The position numbers and the translations under genes were made by a program. A stretch of DNA of 64,000 nt, taken from the NCBI GenBank assembly GCA_024704765.1, contig JAKMXF010000222.1, forward strand, positions 558,001 to 622,000, written 5' to 3'. This DNA is from Oopsacas minuta (taxonomy: Eukaryota > Animalia > Porifera). Positions 38,804 through 62,432 of this stretch are shown here, in pieces; within the stretch, counting starts at the first letter, position 1, and each line of letters begins with the position of its first letter. The notes beneath the pieces were generated by a model, which made no database searches, had not been told where the DNA came from, and was given only the letters and a program-made list of their open reading frames with translations.

Positions 38804-40271
38804 ATGCCAAAGATACCCAAATTGACAAACACTAATGGTATAATGGTACTAACAGACATATTGTCCGAATTTCGTTCAGTTACAGCTGAATATGCCGGAG
38901 CTGTATTTTCATGGCATGGAAAGCTTGGCTCTTTGGGTCCAGAAAAATTTCAAAACTATATCACTGGGAACAGCGATGAAATATCAAGAACTCTTTTGGC
39001 AACCAAATAGCTACAGGTACGTCAGCGTCATCAAAGCCTGCCCGTGATCTCGAAATCCTCAAGCTCTTAGATGGAGATATATCTAGCTATAATGAACAGG
39101 GACTGCGAAGACTTGTTTCTGCGACTATAAAAGTGTTAACTGGTAAGTCAACGGTGTGAATTTATACAATTATATGGGTCACTGATTATATATCTCTGTA
39201 TTTTAGGGAAAAGGATGTGTTTGGAATGATCCAAAACATAAAAAGCGTGTCTAAGATTCATCTGCGTATGATAATAGAGTTATATAAGGATTACTCTATG
39301 AAAGCGGGAGTTTCAATTAGCCCTCGATCTCAATCTCAGAAGTCTCCAAGCTCTTCTCAAGCATCGCGACATGATATCTACCAAGACCGATCTAGATCTC
39401 CTCTTGATTTCGCTACATATGTAATACACCAAGAATCTCATGTTGGTACTAGTAATGATTCCTTCGATGAACAATTTCCGCATCCCGTTATCGCTTCGAA
39501 CAAACCTATTTCAGATCCTCAAACACCTACCCCAACATCCAGTCTGGTGACATTACTCAGAGTTAAGCCATTGGATCATATCCAAATAATCACTCCTTCC
39601 ATTAGTTTAAATGAAAAAAATTGTCAAGTCGTAATACTTTTCTAACAGTCACCACCATTAATGCATTCTGTGTAAGTTTATTATTCATCGAATTTATAAT
39701 TCGTCCTCGTCCTAGTATACAGCTACATCACGATGGCGCACTTCACTGGGTTTGCTCCAGTATTGATGTTGAAGGGCATGCAACTTTTATGATTCGCTAT
39801 CTACTGGGAGAAATACTGGTGAATTAGCTGTGCAATTGGCCTTTCTATATTGGAATGATGCTGATCATGAGCTGAAAGTCACTCTTGCTCCTATTCAGCA
39901 GCAAAGGGGTGGGGTGAATTGTGGTTTATTTGCAGCTGCAGTCTGTTTGACGATATCAACGGGCGGCGACCCAACGTAAGTTTACTGGAAACAGTCAAGA
40001 ATGAGATCTCACCTAACTGATTGTTTAAGTAGCGAAATTTTAACACCCTTTCCTAAGATAGAAAGCATAGTATTGCGATCTCGCCTGACTACTAATCTAA
40101 GAACAGATTTAAAGATAAAGTTATGGTGTTTGTATCATCCGCGTCAAAAATATGATTGAATGTCCCAAATGTCTTAAATGGTTCCACGAACCATGTGTAG
40201 GACTTGAAGATATTGACAAAGAAGTCGATAACTTTTATTGTCATAATTGTCGTGAGTTTCCTAACATATAA
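38804..40271 (+). pseudogene. Frameshifted gene: N-terminal region - Ser/Pro-rich linker - Ulp1/SENP-like (C48) cysteine protease - PHD finger
   Basis: After 1-bp repairs: FLTVTTINAF..IQLHHDGALHWV..(F)YDSL..IQQQRGGVNCGLFAAA..GGDP..W.QS.MRSHL..CL..LTPFP, giving His-Asp-Cys plus the oxyanion Gln. Then MIECPKCLKWFHEPCV..FYCHNC (PHD, first Cys pair damaged). GT-AG intron at 39143-39206; in-frame TAA near 39977. Confidence 0.8.
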
Positions 40272-41793
40272 AGTTATTTAATATATTATTATTTTGTGAT
40301 AGAATATTTTGGTTCAAACAAGCTAGAAAATATCTTGCAGTGAAGAATACATTATCAATACGCGTGTATGCGATTTGTGTTGTTATCCTTCTTAGTGATG
40401 AAAACAACTGCTCGCAAATTTGGTGGGTTTAATTTTTTCATCTCCTCAGTTAGAATTGATCTCAAAGAATAAGAGGGACTGCACTTGTGGTTTGGAGAAT
40501 GGAACCGATCAATCAGAGATGTTTTCTTACGAAATTCTTTGGGGTCCATACATCAAAATTCACAAATTAATTTCTATCTGAAATCTCGACTATTTATCAT
40601 TTATGCCCAATTTGTTATGTACACTTACCTTTTCATGTAAGTTGCAAGCATTATCGAAGATGATCACTTCGGCTGTTCTCTGAATATGATCATTAATTAA
40701 TTATAAATTACAACTGTAGATTCGTGTTGTCTGAGTATTTGGAAACCATAACAAATCCTGTGTTTACGAGGGATTGCTACTATTCCAGGCGAAAACCTTT
40801 TGTGATTTGGAAAATTTTGAGTCACTTTTCAGCTGACTCAACTTCTAGATTTCCGTATACCTGTAGAAGTATAATATAGTAGAATGGTAAAATTAATACA
40901 AAGTTGAATAGCATTTAGTATTTTTCAGTAAAAACACAAACACAAGTTTTAACTTACATGTAGTTTGTTGTGAATGCTGGGAATAATTGTAATAGTTTCG
41001 CTTTGTGGAGAATATTCGACTAATTTTCTTGACGCTCTACTAAATAAACTCTCTATTTGTGTCAGAATTCTTTTCAACAGCGGGAAAACTTTGGGATGTA
41101 AAGTGACAAACCCTGTGCATGTGATATCTTCATTAGCTTTGATAGAATTGAATTAGATATCCAATGTATACATCTTCTGATATATTGAATTTAAGGAATC
41201 TTCACTTGCTGATTTTCCATTGGCAAGAAGAGCTATTGCTCTTCGTTCATTCGGTTCCAGCAGAGAGAATTGGAATACTCCTGATATTGGATCTGTATGG
41301 CAAAGGAGTTTTCCATACAGATTGCTGATCGTGATCGAATTTTGCAGCCAACTCTGGAACCGATTTCATTGTTCCCAAATCGCTATGCAATCTAAAATTA
41401 TCACATCTGGATGATCTTTACACTTAGGACATATGTAGTTCGAGTCATAATCTATGGCTACTGTTCTTAGATAGGCGTTCCATGCCTGATAAACAATGTG
41501 ATAATAGAATGTATTCGTTCTACCCATTCTGATAAGCTTCCTGTTCTTGGCACTAAAGAGTGAAACGAAGAATTAGATTGTACGTATATAGGAATTTTAA
41601 TTATCATTAAGAATATTATTTAAACAATACATACCTCAAGTAACCGTACAAAGTATTTCTAGACAGGGCCATCAACTCGCAATAATAATATAACAAACTG
41701 AATGAACAAAGTACTTGTTGTTGATGTTTAAACAGTAAACTGTTCTGACCTTCGAAGGCTGCCAAGCAATTGCAAGACCCACTGCATCTTGAA
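40261..41793 (-). pseudogene. Spliced, frameshifted KDZ (Kyakuja-Dileera-Zisupton)-like DDE transposase
   Basis: Minus-strand pieces: C.C..FEG..LFN.NNKY..ELM; AWNAYLRTVAIDY...YICPKC...DVIILD (D ~41390); K(C)..F..H..FSPGIVAI...H.ICYGF..L..HES; VIIFDNACNLH (D ~40653); IDRFH..NH.CS..YSL; N.QICEQ..S.LRRI..QIAY (E ~40411). GT-AG introns at 41553-41634 and 40861-40957, plus a donor at 40628. The 5' end was not found. Confidence 0.75.
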
Positions 41794-42084
41794 CTGTAAA
41801 CTATATACTTACAATATAATTTGAATTACTGAGTTAATTAGCTGGTAGAAGTTAATCTCTAGGACAATTATGAAATATTTCCCAAAGGTGTGAAAATTTT
41901 AAATCCAGTGCTAAATTGTGTGAATATAAAAATTCTTAATTTCCCAAACCGCTTGAATTTCCCGACCGCTGCAACACAGCTATAGATACTGCGAACTTGT
42001 ATAGTACTCACTGATTTTGTTACCCGAGGGGTACTTATCCTCCGAGTTACATTATTATTAAAATAGCTAATAACTTAATTCAGC

Positions 42085-42435
42085 CAGGGCTGGATTTGGT
42101 TAACTCGTTAACCGCTACATCCAGTTAACTGCTATGAGAAATTATACTCGGCTAACCGATAGGTAATTTCTGTTGATTAATTCATTGCAAGGTATATATG
42201 TAATCTTTAAATTTTGATTCAGATTCTCAAATTTCAATACTTTTGTAAGATTCCTTCGCATCACGATTGCATTTTTGATACTTATGAATGGATATTTTCA
42301 ATTTTAGTCGATAACAACAATTATTTACAGACTAATAATTGCATCGGTTAACCGGCTAACCGGCTAACCGGCTAATCGATCTTATTGAAACAAGTTTAAC
42401 CATCGCATAAATTAGGTCAGCCAACCCCAGTCCTG
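42085..42435. mobile_element. hAT-type MITE (cagggctgg..ccagtcctg); shorter sibling at 49418-49546
   Basis: Inverted termini and a shared internal ggttaac-rich sequence. The sibling has a 7/8 TSD (ttccaact/ttccaacc). Confidence 0.6.
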
Positions 42436-43324
42436 TTGTTTCAGCGATACGTACTGACAATTCATTTTAGCGAAACTCACAAAACATATGAATAATTAAT
42501 AATGATCGAGTGGGGTCTGTTGCTTATTTACATATAAAGCACTATGCATAGAGTCCTCATTCTAAGCACATTAATTAACCCTATTTGGTGGAAACATTGT
42601 GTGTAAATGATTGATATGATCCGTGGTACAAAATGATGATGTTGCCCTATCTAAATTGTGATAGAAAATCATCAATCTATATTGTCTGGAAAAGTAGTAG
42701 GCGGTAAGAACAATGTAATACATCATTTCATCACAGCATTAACTTTGAATGATCAAATTACTACGCACGCGTATTGTCATGTGAACTTTACCTTAGACCA
42801 AACAAGAGAACGAAAAAAGCCTTTTTTGAAGATATTAAAGTGGATTTGAGGTTGTATATTTATGAAAAGTGAAATCAAATATTCATTAACTATCTAGAAC
42901 TATTAGGCATAGATATCTTACCACCACAATATTATGCTCGAAATGCTCCTTGAAGTTTTGACTGACGAGCGCTCTTCAGCATTATTACAGACGAAACACT
43001 ATAATGTTGCAACAATGCATAAAATGCTTACAACCAAAACAGGTGTAGTCAAAAACTAAATTTAAATATCAATTGAATATATCTACGTGTGTCTATATCA
43101 GAGATCAGACAGGATTTAATACATCTGGGTTGTGATCAACTTGTGAATACTTTAGGTACAAGCAGTGCTGCCAAGTCTCCATAAATTTACGTAGAGTATG
43201 TAATTAGAATCTATCTACGTATCTACGTATGATGACTGATTTCTACGTTTTTACGGTTGCATTCTTGGTTATTAATTAGAAAATACAGTCAATCTTGTCA
43301 TAGAGATTAAATCAGGGTTTCACA

Positions 43325-43410
43325 TACCGTATTTATTCGAATAGTAGCCGCTATTCAAATAATCACCTACCCCGAATAATCGTCCCGGTTACTATTCGAA
43401 TAAATATGGT
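43325..43410. mobile_element. Short TA-flanked MITE
   Basis: taccgtatttattcgaatagta versus tactattcgaataaatatggta (inverted, 1 mismatch). Confidence 0.65.
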
Positions 43411-43836
43411 ACTTTTTTTATTTTCGGAACACCTATTTCACCTTACGTTTTCATTAATAGTAGTCAAGGGAGGCACATCCGTAGCCAGATGTGAGAGTAG
43501 GGGCTACGAAAAATTCAGGGGAGGTTGACTCTCCATGCCGGATAGAAGCAAATTTATGGTTGGCTCAACCCGATTCGATTTTAACCAGGGACAGATATAA
43601 AATTTTCTGGTAATAGAGGGGGCATAGGGGCCGTTCAAAGGTTACGTAACGAAAAATTCCCTAAATTTTGACCCCCTCCCTGTGTCACGCTTTTTCACCG
43701 TTTGTAATACAAAACGACTTTGGCTGTCTCACTTCGCATACTCCCCTCCCCTTGTAGCGTTACATAACGTTTGGACGGCTCCATACCGAACGTCAATAGC
43801 ATATAGAGGAAAATCTGGGGAACTAGTCCCGACACT

Positions 43837-44041
43837 CATAGGCGTCAGAGCCCGGCATGGGCCGGGTCGGCCCTAAGCGGCTGCCCGGCTCTACCCGGAC
43901 TCTTCCCGACTCTATCATACCCGGAGTTATGTTAGTGAATTGTGAGTGTGATATTTATTTATTCCATGAATGTAGCGGCCCCGGAATCGATTGGGCAGAC
44001 CCCGGTGCCTTCGGATCGGCGGGCCATTTCCGACGCCTATG
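43837..44041. mobile_element. 205-bp P-element-type MITE
   Basis: Termini cataggcgtc..gacgcctatg. Flanks ccgacact / ccgacagt (7/8). Confidence 0.7.
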
Positions 44042-45044
44042 CCGACAGTATAGGTATTCAAACGGAATCAAATCCAATAGGTTGACAAATGATTTCAGCA
44101 TTACTTGCATCAATAGAGAATACCAGTTCTCTAATTTTCCAAATATTAGTGACAAATAGAATAATTATTCACATAAATATAATTGGTGTTATTAGTGGTG
44201 GCACTGCAGCACTAATCTAAAGATATATTACATATGCGAGCGGAGCGAGCGAATAAACTGCAACTATAGGTGGGCATCAGGATTTCCGTAGATTTTACAA
44301 TACACATGAGAATTCTCATACATATAGAATCTCTGGCTACGGAACTGGACCAGTGTAATTGTTCACTACTCTGGAACCCTAAGGCTCAGAATTAAAGAAA
44401 TCACCAATAATGTACAGCAGAAACTGGGTTTTTCTAACTAATTCTTTGCACGAATGTGGGATTTACATTCATGGAAAATGAATGTAAATCCCACATTCTT
44501 TACAATCTAAGCATGAAAATAAAGTAAGAAAACCCGGGGTAAGAAATAGCCGGTTTTGACTGTGCGCACCAACGTGCACCACCTTGGCTACGCCTGTGAG
44601 TGAAGTTAGGCGAATTGACACCAACTGCAACCGGTCGATTTCAATAGCTTAAAGCAAGATTAAATTTCCAATATAATACATATCAGTAACAAAAACAAAT
44701 GCTAGATATATCAAAATGTACTCATCAGGACTTCTGGCACTATTACAAGGCGTCCCAGTGCCAGTTAGATTTACCCCAAAATAACCTAGATAGTATGTTA
44801 TTTCTAATGATAAATAATCATGACATACTAATTTCTTCCCTATCAATTAGGACTTACAATCCCGAACATATTTTGTAACCCCCGGATTTTGGGATTAGGC
44901 AATGAACACCAAAGGATACCCAATTAACGGGGGTCCACGTTTATTTAGTTTAAAATATCAGTAATACTAAATACTGAATTAATGATATATTAAATATATC
45001 AGTCGTAAACAACCTCTATCAGATTCTTTATAATATTTTAACAA

Positions 45045-46034
45045 CAGTGGCGTAACAATAGGCGGTTCATTGAATCGGGGCCACGATGTCCAGAGGTGGC
45101 CCCCAAATTTTAATTCAAATTTGGTATGAGCAGAAGGCCGGCAGAACCAACTTCTTCTTCTCGACGTTTTGCCTTGGCCTGTACGATTCTATGTGTGATG
45201 TCACCTGAGCACTTTAAATTTGCTTTATTCGGGCTGTAACAATTATGTCATTCGAAATAATTTTTCGTACTTCTCATTGATATAACAGTATTTCTCTTCA
45301 GACTATAAGAAAGAATGAAGAGAAAATATGTTTCTGGTAATGCAAAGAGTGGGGAAAATGCAAGCAAGCAGTGGCTTATTGGGTGTTCAAATACCCCCTT
45401 CATAACTGGTTTCCAAATGGAATATGTTGTTATTTATAATTCGATTTTTCATAAGCATAGCTTTTGGAATCATATTTACAGAATGCTATCCAATTTCTAC
45501 AATTATTTTTTCAACGAGTTTTCCAGACCTATCTCAAAGACTCCAGATGACTAATGTATTATTAGCAGACTAAATTTGTATTCACTAAATAGCATAAATA
45601 TAATTATGTAATATAATTATGTTTTCTAAACATAAACATCTAAACAACTTTGGTACAACTACAAAATATTACACTCCTCCTACTATGGGACAAGAATAGC
45701 TGTACATCGATGTTTGAACGTCTAAGATTCAAAAAATTTCGGAGGGGGGTGCTTGCCCCCCCAGATAATCCTGGATACGCCACTGAACAAGAATAGATAT
45801 CTTAATAAAACATGTTTTGTTTCAATCTAAGTACTAGAATAATATACTTATATGTATTCCATTATAGGCATAATGGGTTTGTGACAAGCGTAGAATCCAT
45901 GCGTCTGAAAACCATTCTTACAAGTGAGAACGTGGGTTCTGAATTTGGAAAAACATGTGAAAGCACCCAACTTATGAAAATTGTGAATTAAAGTTTGAAT
46001 TGATGGGGCCTCCCAAACTTTAGTTACGCCACTG
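45045..46034 (+). mobile_element. 990-bp non-autonomous hAT deletion derivative
   Basis: Perfect 12-bp TIR cagtggcgtaac; flanks tttaacaa / attaacaa (7/8). Internal MKRKYVSG.. at 45315 resembles hAT transposase N-termini. Confidence 0.7.
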
Positions 46035-46089
46035 ATTAACAATTATCTGAAACAGAATACACGTGATAATTTTGTAATTAGACAAAGAG

Positions 46090-46830
46090 TATTTATGGCT
46101 GATAGGGACCTTTCGCTCGTCTTGAGGTCGTATCTGCTTTTCTGTTTCTCTTGTCGGCGACCCGAGACGCTGTATTTAGAATTAGGAGACTTAAGTGTGC
46201 ATTGGCTGTCTACCCATCAGTAACTCTGCTGTAGACAGACCCGTGGTAGTGTGGAGTGTGTTTCTATAGTGAAATAAGAATCTCGAAACCCTAGTTTGCA
46301 CAGTATTATGTGAATCTTTCTTCATTGCATCTTTGAAAACATGAACGGCCCTCTCCACTTGTCTATTCGATGCAGGGTGGTATGGTGCCAATCTAATATG
46401 ACGTACAGCGTTTCTTTTTCGTGAATTCTTGCAATTCGGAACTTGAAAACACCGTTCCATTGTCTGATACTAACACTTCTGGTAATCCGTGAGTAGCAAA
46501 ATTTTCCTTTTAATTCTTCAATCGTTGTTTTGGATGTTGCGTAATTCACAACTGCGATTTCCATCCATTTAGAATGAGCACCTATGACGATGAGAAACTT
46601 CTTACTGAGAAAGGGCCTGCGTAGTTTATGTGTACTCTTCCGCAAAGCCGCTGAGGCCAATCCCAAGGGTGTAATGGTACCTTAGTAGGTATATGTCTAG
46701 TATACTGACACTGTTCGCATTTCTTCACTCTATCTTCAAGTTGTTCATCCATCCCCGGCCACCAGACAAACCCTCGAGCTATACTTTCATCTTCGAGATC
46801 CAAGGATGCCCTTGATAGGTAATCGAGCAT
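46090..46830 (-). pseudogene. Ty3/Gypsy integrase relic
   Basis: R..VWWPGMD..LE..VKKC..CQ (Zn finger), PLHPWDWP...RVHINYAGPF, FLIVI.AHSKW.E, APYHPASN.QVER.V, FLFHYRNT.H.TTG.S.AELLMGR, spread over three frames. No LTRs seen. Confidence 0.9.
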
Positions 46831-46859
46831 GTCGATTTCAATTTTGACATTTTCAAATC

Positions 46860-47130
46860 TATATCAAATGATTTATCATATGATTAATCATATTTCACAC
46901 CTTTGTGCATAATTTTCAAAATCATGCTAGAGATTCCATTTCAGGGGTAATTGTAGGATTATTATTCGGAATTTCATCCATAGGATTTGAGCATAGAACC
47001 TGAAGTCCATTGGGGGACGAATGATATGGAATATCCTGAAATATTTATCTGATCCAGGAGCCCAAAATCAGTCGGGGTCGGGTGCATTGCGGTGTTTACA
47101 CGGGGGTCAGGGGCTTGCCCCCTTGAAAAG
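46860..47130. repeat. Dispersed repeat; inverted, longer copy at ~54150-54895 with several diverged internal subunits
   Basis: tgattaatcatatttcacacc..gatccaggagcccaaaatcagtcggggtc..gaaaagaacaaaaa is matched in reverse at 54150-54450. The end segment of that copy (gactgctagattt..catccatacaattagg.tatctc.ctataggag) recurs at ~37980-38075. Confidence 0.7.
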
Positions 47131-47666
47131 AACAAAAATGCATAACCCTTAGCTACACTACCACTGTCGGCTGGACATTTTTATATTAGGCATTACTTCA
47201 AATTATATGAGTACTTTAGTTCTAAAGGATAATTGGTGTTATGGGTAGAAATTACCCTGCCCAGCCGAGTCGCACTCCCAGTCTGTCTGCTGGACATTAT
47301 TAATAAGCATTATACACCATATATATAGTAGAATATGATGACTTAATGGATATAGTGATAAATGTGCAATAGATTTCCTGCCCCCTGGATTATCATTACG
47401 TATATCCGGTCCTTAATCCAATATCTAAGGTAGTCAGTCCAGGCCCGGAGGCAAGTATTTTGAAGTGGTCCGGTTAAACCGTAGTACCATTTCAAAAGTG
47501 GTCCGGTTGAAATCTCACTTCCCATAGAAACAGTATTAGGAGCCCTAACAAGTGGTCCGTCCCTGAGTCAAACTAATTCTAAACAATTTACATTCATCAG
47601 TTCAAGTATATCAGTTATAAATCATTTCTGTGTGTATAGCTATTTATCATGATAAAGTATAAAGTA

Positions 47667-47921
47667 TTATGTAGCATTAGCAGCTTCGCATGCATCTATC
47701 CAGTCACTGTACACATCCACCTTCTCAGTAAGATAGGTAATTGGAGTTTGGAAATCTTCTAGGCATAACCTACAGGTGACCAGCCCTACGTTCTTCTCCT
47801 TGTGCAATTCTACATCACAGGACTTCTCGTGGTTGCAAAACGGACAGTCGAATAGGGTATCTAATGGCTGAAGTCTCTTTTGCTTTGGAGGCGGCTTTCT
47901 CTTCGATTTTCTTTTTCCCAT
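47667..47921 (-). CDS. ELOF1: Transcription elongation factor 1 homolog (Elf1/ELOF1), 84 aa
   Basis: [44 protein letters not shown]...[10 protein letters not shown]. The real start is the second Met (47921). Confidence 0.95.
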   Translation of the reverse strand: MGKRKSKRKPPPKQKRLQPLDTLFDCPFCNHEKSCDVELHKEKNVGLVTCRLCLEDFQTPITYLTEKVDVYSDWIDACEAANAT

Positions 47922-50832
47922 AATTTCCTTTGCTAAATAAGTATTCATTATACAATATTAATACGATTGAGAGACAATTATTAAGAAATTAGAATAGAAA
48001 TATAAGTTAGTTAGTTGCGTTGGTGTAATATGCGATTCGAATATTTGATTGACATTTGTTGTAAAGTACTACTAAATACACGAGCTGAACCCAGAAACTA
48101 ATTTCCTATTCTTTAAGTATATACGGCTGGCTTGACAATTTATAATAATTGAATAGAGGATAGCTGATCAAACACGAACTATGTTTGTGATAATTATGTT
48201 GGTTTAGAGAATTTAATTACTTTTCGTGAAAATTTTATTATTTATTAAAGATTTTATTATCCATAGTCCATCCAAATTACATTAAATGGCCTTCTGTGGT
48301 GACACTGGAGATGCTATGTCGCTTTGGTGGGTAATCTCGGAACTTCGTGGCTCGGGTATTAAGAAATTGTGAAATTTTTTAATACAGTCATGATGAGTTA
48401 GCTTTTGGTCAGAATCATGACGTAGTATATTTGTCACATTGAGGGGTACCTATGATTCAAATTTCAAATTTCTATCATGTATTGGCTGAGCAGTGGTTAA
48501 TAATGTGATTTGTTCAATCCAAAAAGTGGCAATGACGACATAATTTCGTAGGTGTGAATTTTCGTCCAAGACTCGAACTTGTTCGAGCCAGGCCCAAAAT
48601 ACCCCTGTATGACAAAATCAGCCCTGGGGGGCTTCCAGTTTCTTCAATCAATTAAGGGCATACAAACATACATATATATATGTATCAGGAGTGTCGGAAG
48701 TGGGGCGGCTGGAGCGGCCTTGGCCGCCCCACTTTCCATGGGCTTCCTACTACCCTATCTATATAATTATATATGCACATATACATACAGAATAATTGCT
48801 TTTTAATAGTATAGATATTAATGTGTATCTTGAATCTTTAGCGAATTGTTATGTTTTCGGTACATTAACTCCGCAAGGAAAGTATGCTGGAACGCTTAGG
48901 CCCGAAAATACTCTAGTTCACTCCTTGACGCATTTAGCACACAAACTAGCTTTTATAATTTCGATAATATAGGGATTATAGTCGCATTCTCTAAGAACGA
49001 TCTACAACGCATTCTGATTTATTCTATGTAGTCCGATTCACAGAAATTGATAGTAGGAACCTGTGAAGTGCGTACGTGAATGAGACTAGATCAGAACTTT
49101 TTGTTTTTGTTTTAATATGAAATTTTGTCCATAGAAGTTTCAAATCTTGGTAGGGATGGGTGTGATCAAATCCTAAGAATTTTAGAACCCAATATTCTTA
49201 CATACTAGCAGGGATCCACCATAGCGCGTTATGCGCGTCATTTATCACGCTTTCTCCGCTAAATAACGCGTTTAGTTATCTAGCTGCGTTAACATGACTC
49301 TATGCATAGGGTATTAACTATAAACGTGAATAAGCGACCAAGGCTCCACTCAATCCAAAAAATCCTGTGGGAAACACCGTACACATGTCACCACTTTTTG
49401 GCCTTCAAGTTCCAACTAAGGCTGGATTTGGTTAACAGACTAACTAGCGCTATATCCAGTTAACTGCTAGGATAAAATATTTTCGGTTAACCTAAAGTTT
49501 CATTTCCACCAATACATTTTAATTCGGTTAACCAACCCCAGCCCTGTTCCAACCTAATTAATAATTAGTGTATTTTGGTAGAAGAATGACTCTTAGCTGC
49601 ATTCCTGGACTGTTGACAGACACTTTACTTTAATAGAAAGGAACGTTTTCTTTCAGACTAGAAAATCTACAAGTCAGTATTGGAATATTGGCTATAAAAT
49701 GCTTTCGTCGCCGAAACTATGATGGCCCGCGTACCTGTTGGAGGTTAGACCATTCAACTCTAGGAATAATAAGTATATAACGGAAGTCCGACATAATGTT
49801 ACATCACTTACACGATTTGCTAGAGGACTACATAATCATGAAATGGTTACTTTAATATTAATATACTGGTATAAGATTGATTATAAAATTACTTCGTATG
49901 ACATACAAGTAAAGACTTAAGTAAAGAATTGTAGTTGCTGGTGTAACTACCACATCTTGACTCCTCAAGCCGTTCTAAAACTAAAATGGTGCGCTACTAC
50001 TCTTAAGAACTCCAATCCGGGACGAAAATAATAGATCACAAATAAGCCTTCTAATGCTAGTTCGTTGGCATAGCACCCCTTCCGGTTGGAAGGTTGAGCT
50101 CCTGCGACGAACTTGGCTTGTCATCCTTCGACAAGTCCAATCCCACTCCAGGCTTGTGAGGCAGGGCCGTGACAAACAAAGTGTAATCTGTCTACACCAT
50201 TCTAGTACCCGAGTTGTTATACTTCAACTAATTTAGACTTTAGATTCCTTGCCTTTGGTAAACAAAATCCATATTATGAAGTCTAGCAAATTGGTTAATG
50301 TAATAGGTACCATTGTGTCATGTAACATTTTGTTTGTCTGTAACGTTATGTCGCACTTCCATATAAATACGTACATTATATAACCACCCGTAATTGAATA
50401 ATGTTGAGGTAACTTAACAAAATATTCGCCTAAGAGTAGGGCTAGATAAAATAATTTAGATAATTGTAGGAGAGATAATCAACCATTGATATACTTTTGC
50501 ATAAATTAAAGTTATTAAGCTACTATACAATCATATCCAACGTTGAATATCCACAACTACACTAATGTGTAAACACAAATAGAGCGTCACTATCTGTAAT
50601 CAAGTAGTAAAGAAATAATTAGTGGATTGTTAGCTCATGTTGATTAATATAAATAAATTTACAACATGTTAAAATACATAACTATCAATTAAGCTCAAAT
50701 TCATCTGCTAAAGTTGTTATTCACAAATTATGTATACAAAACAATATTATTCACAAATAATTATAGCGGATGCTTAAAATATCAAAAACATTATATCAAT
50801 ATATACATTTGACAATAAAAACTAGTAAACAT

Positions 50833-62285
<11,453 letters not shown>

Positions 62286-62432
62286 CTAGATAAATATTTC
62301 ACTTAGTAAAATAGAATATATGCATGATACAAATATTTATATTGTTATTTATTGTATAACTGTAAATTGGTAAACTCAAATTTAAATGATTTTACCAATT
62401 GAAGAATAGAATATTCTAAGTTGACTTATCTA

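Noticed and set aside
42600-43050. Coding-like plus-strand relic (AFFEDIKVDLRLYIYEK..RNAP..RALFSIITDETL)
   Set aside because: It has multiple stops and no recognisable motif, and it cannot be tied to the KDZ gene.
38665-43410. Possible TIR pair for the KDZ/Ulp1 element (ggtactgatatttattc versus gaataaatatggtac)
   Set aside because: The right-hand match is the terminus of an independent short MITE (43325-43410), and there is no TSD.
49950-50260. GC-richer segment with short ORFs on both strands, a possible non-LTR retroelement 3' fragment
   Set aside because: No RT, endonuclease or Zn-knuckle motif could be read in any frame.
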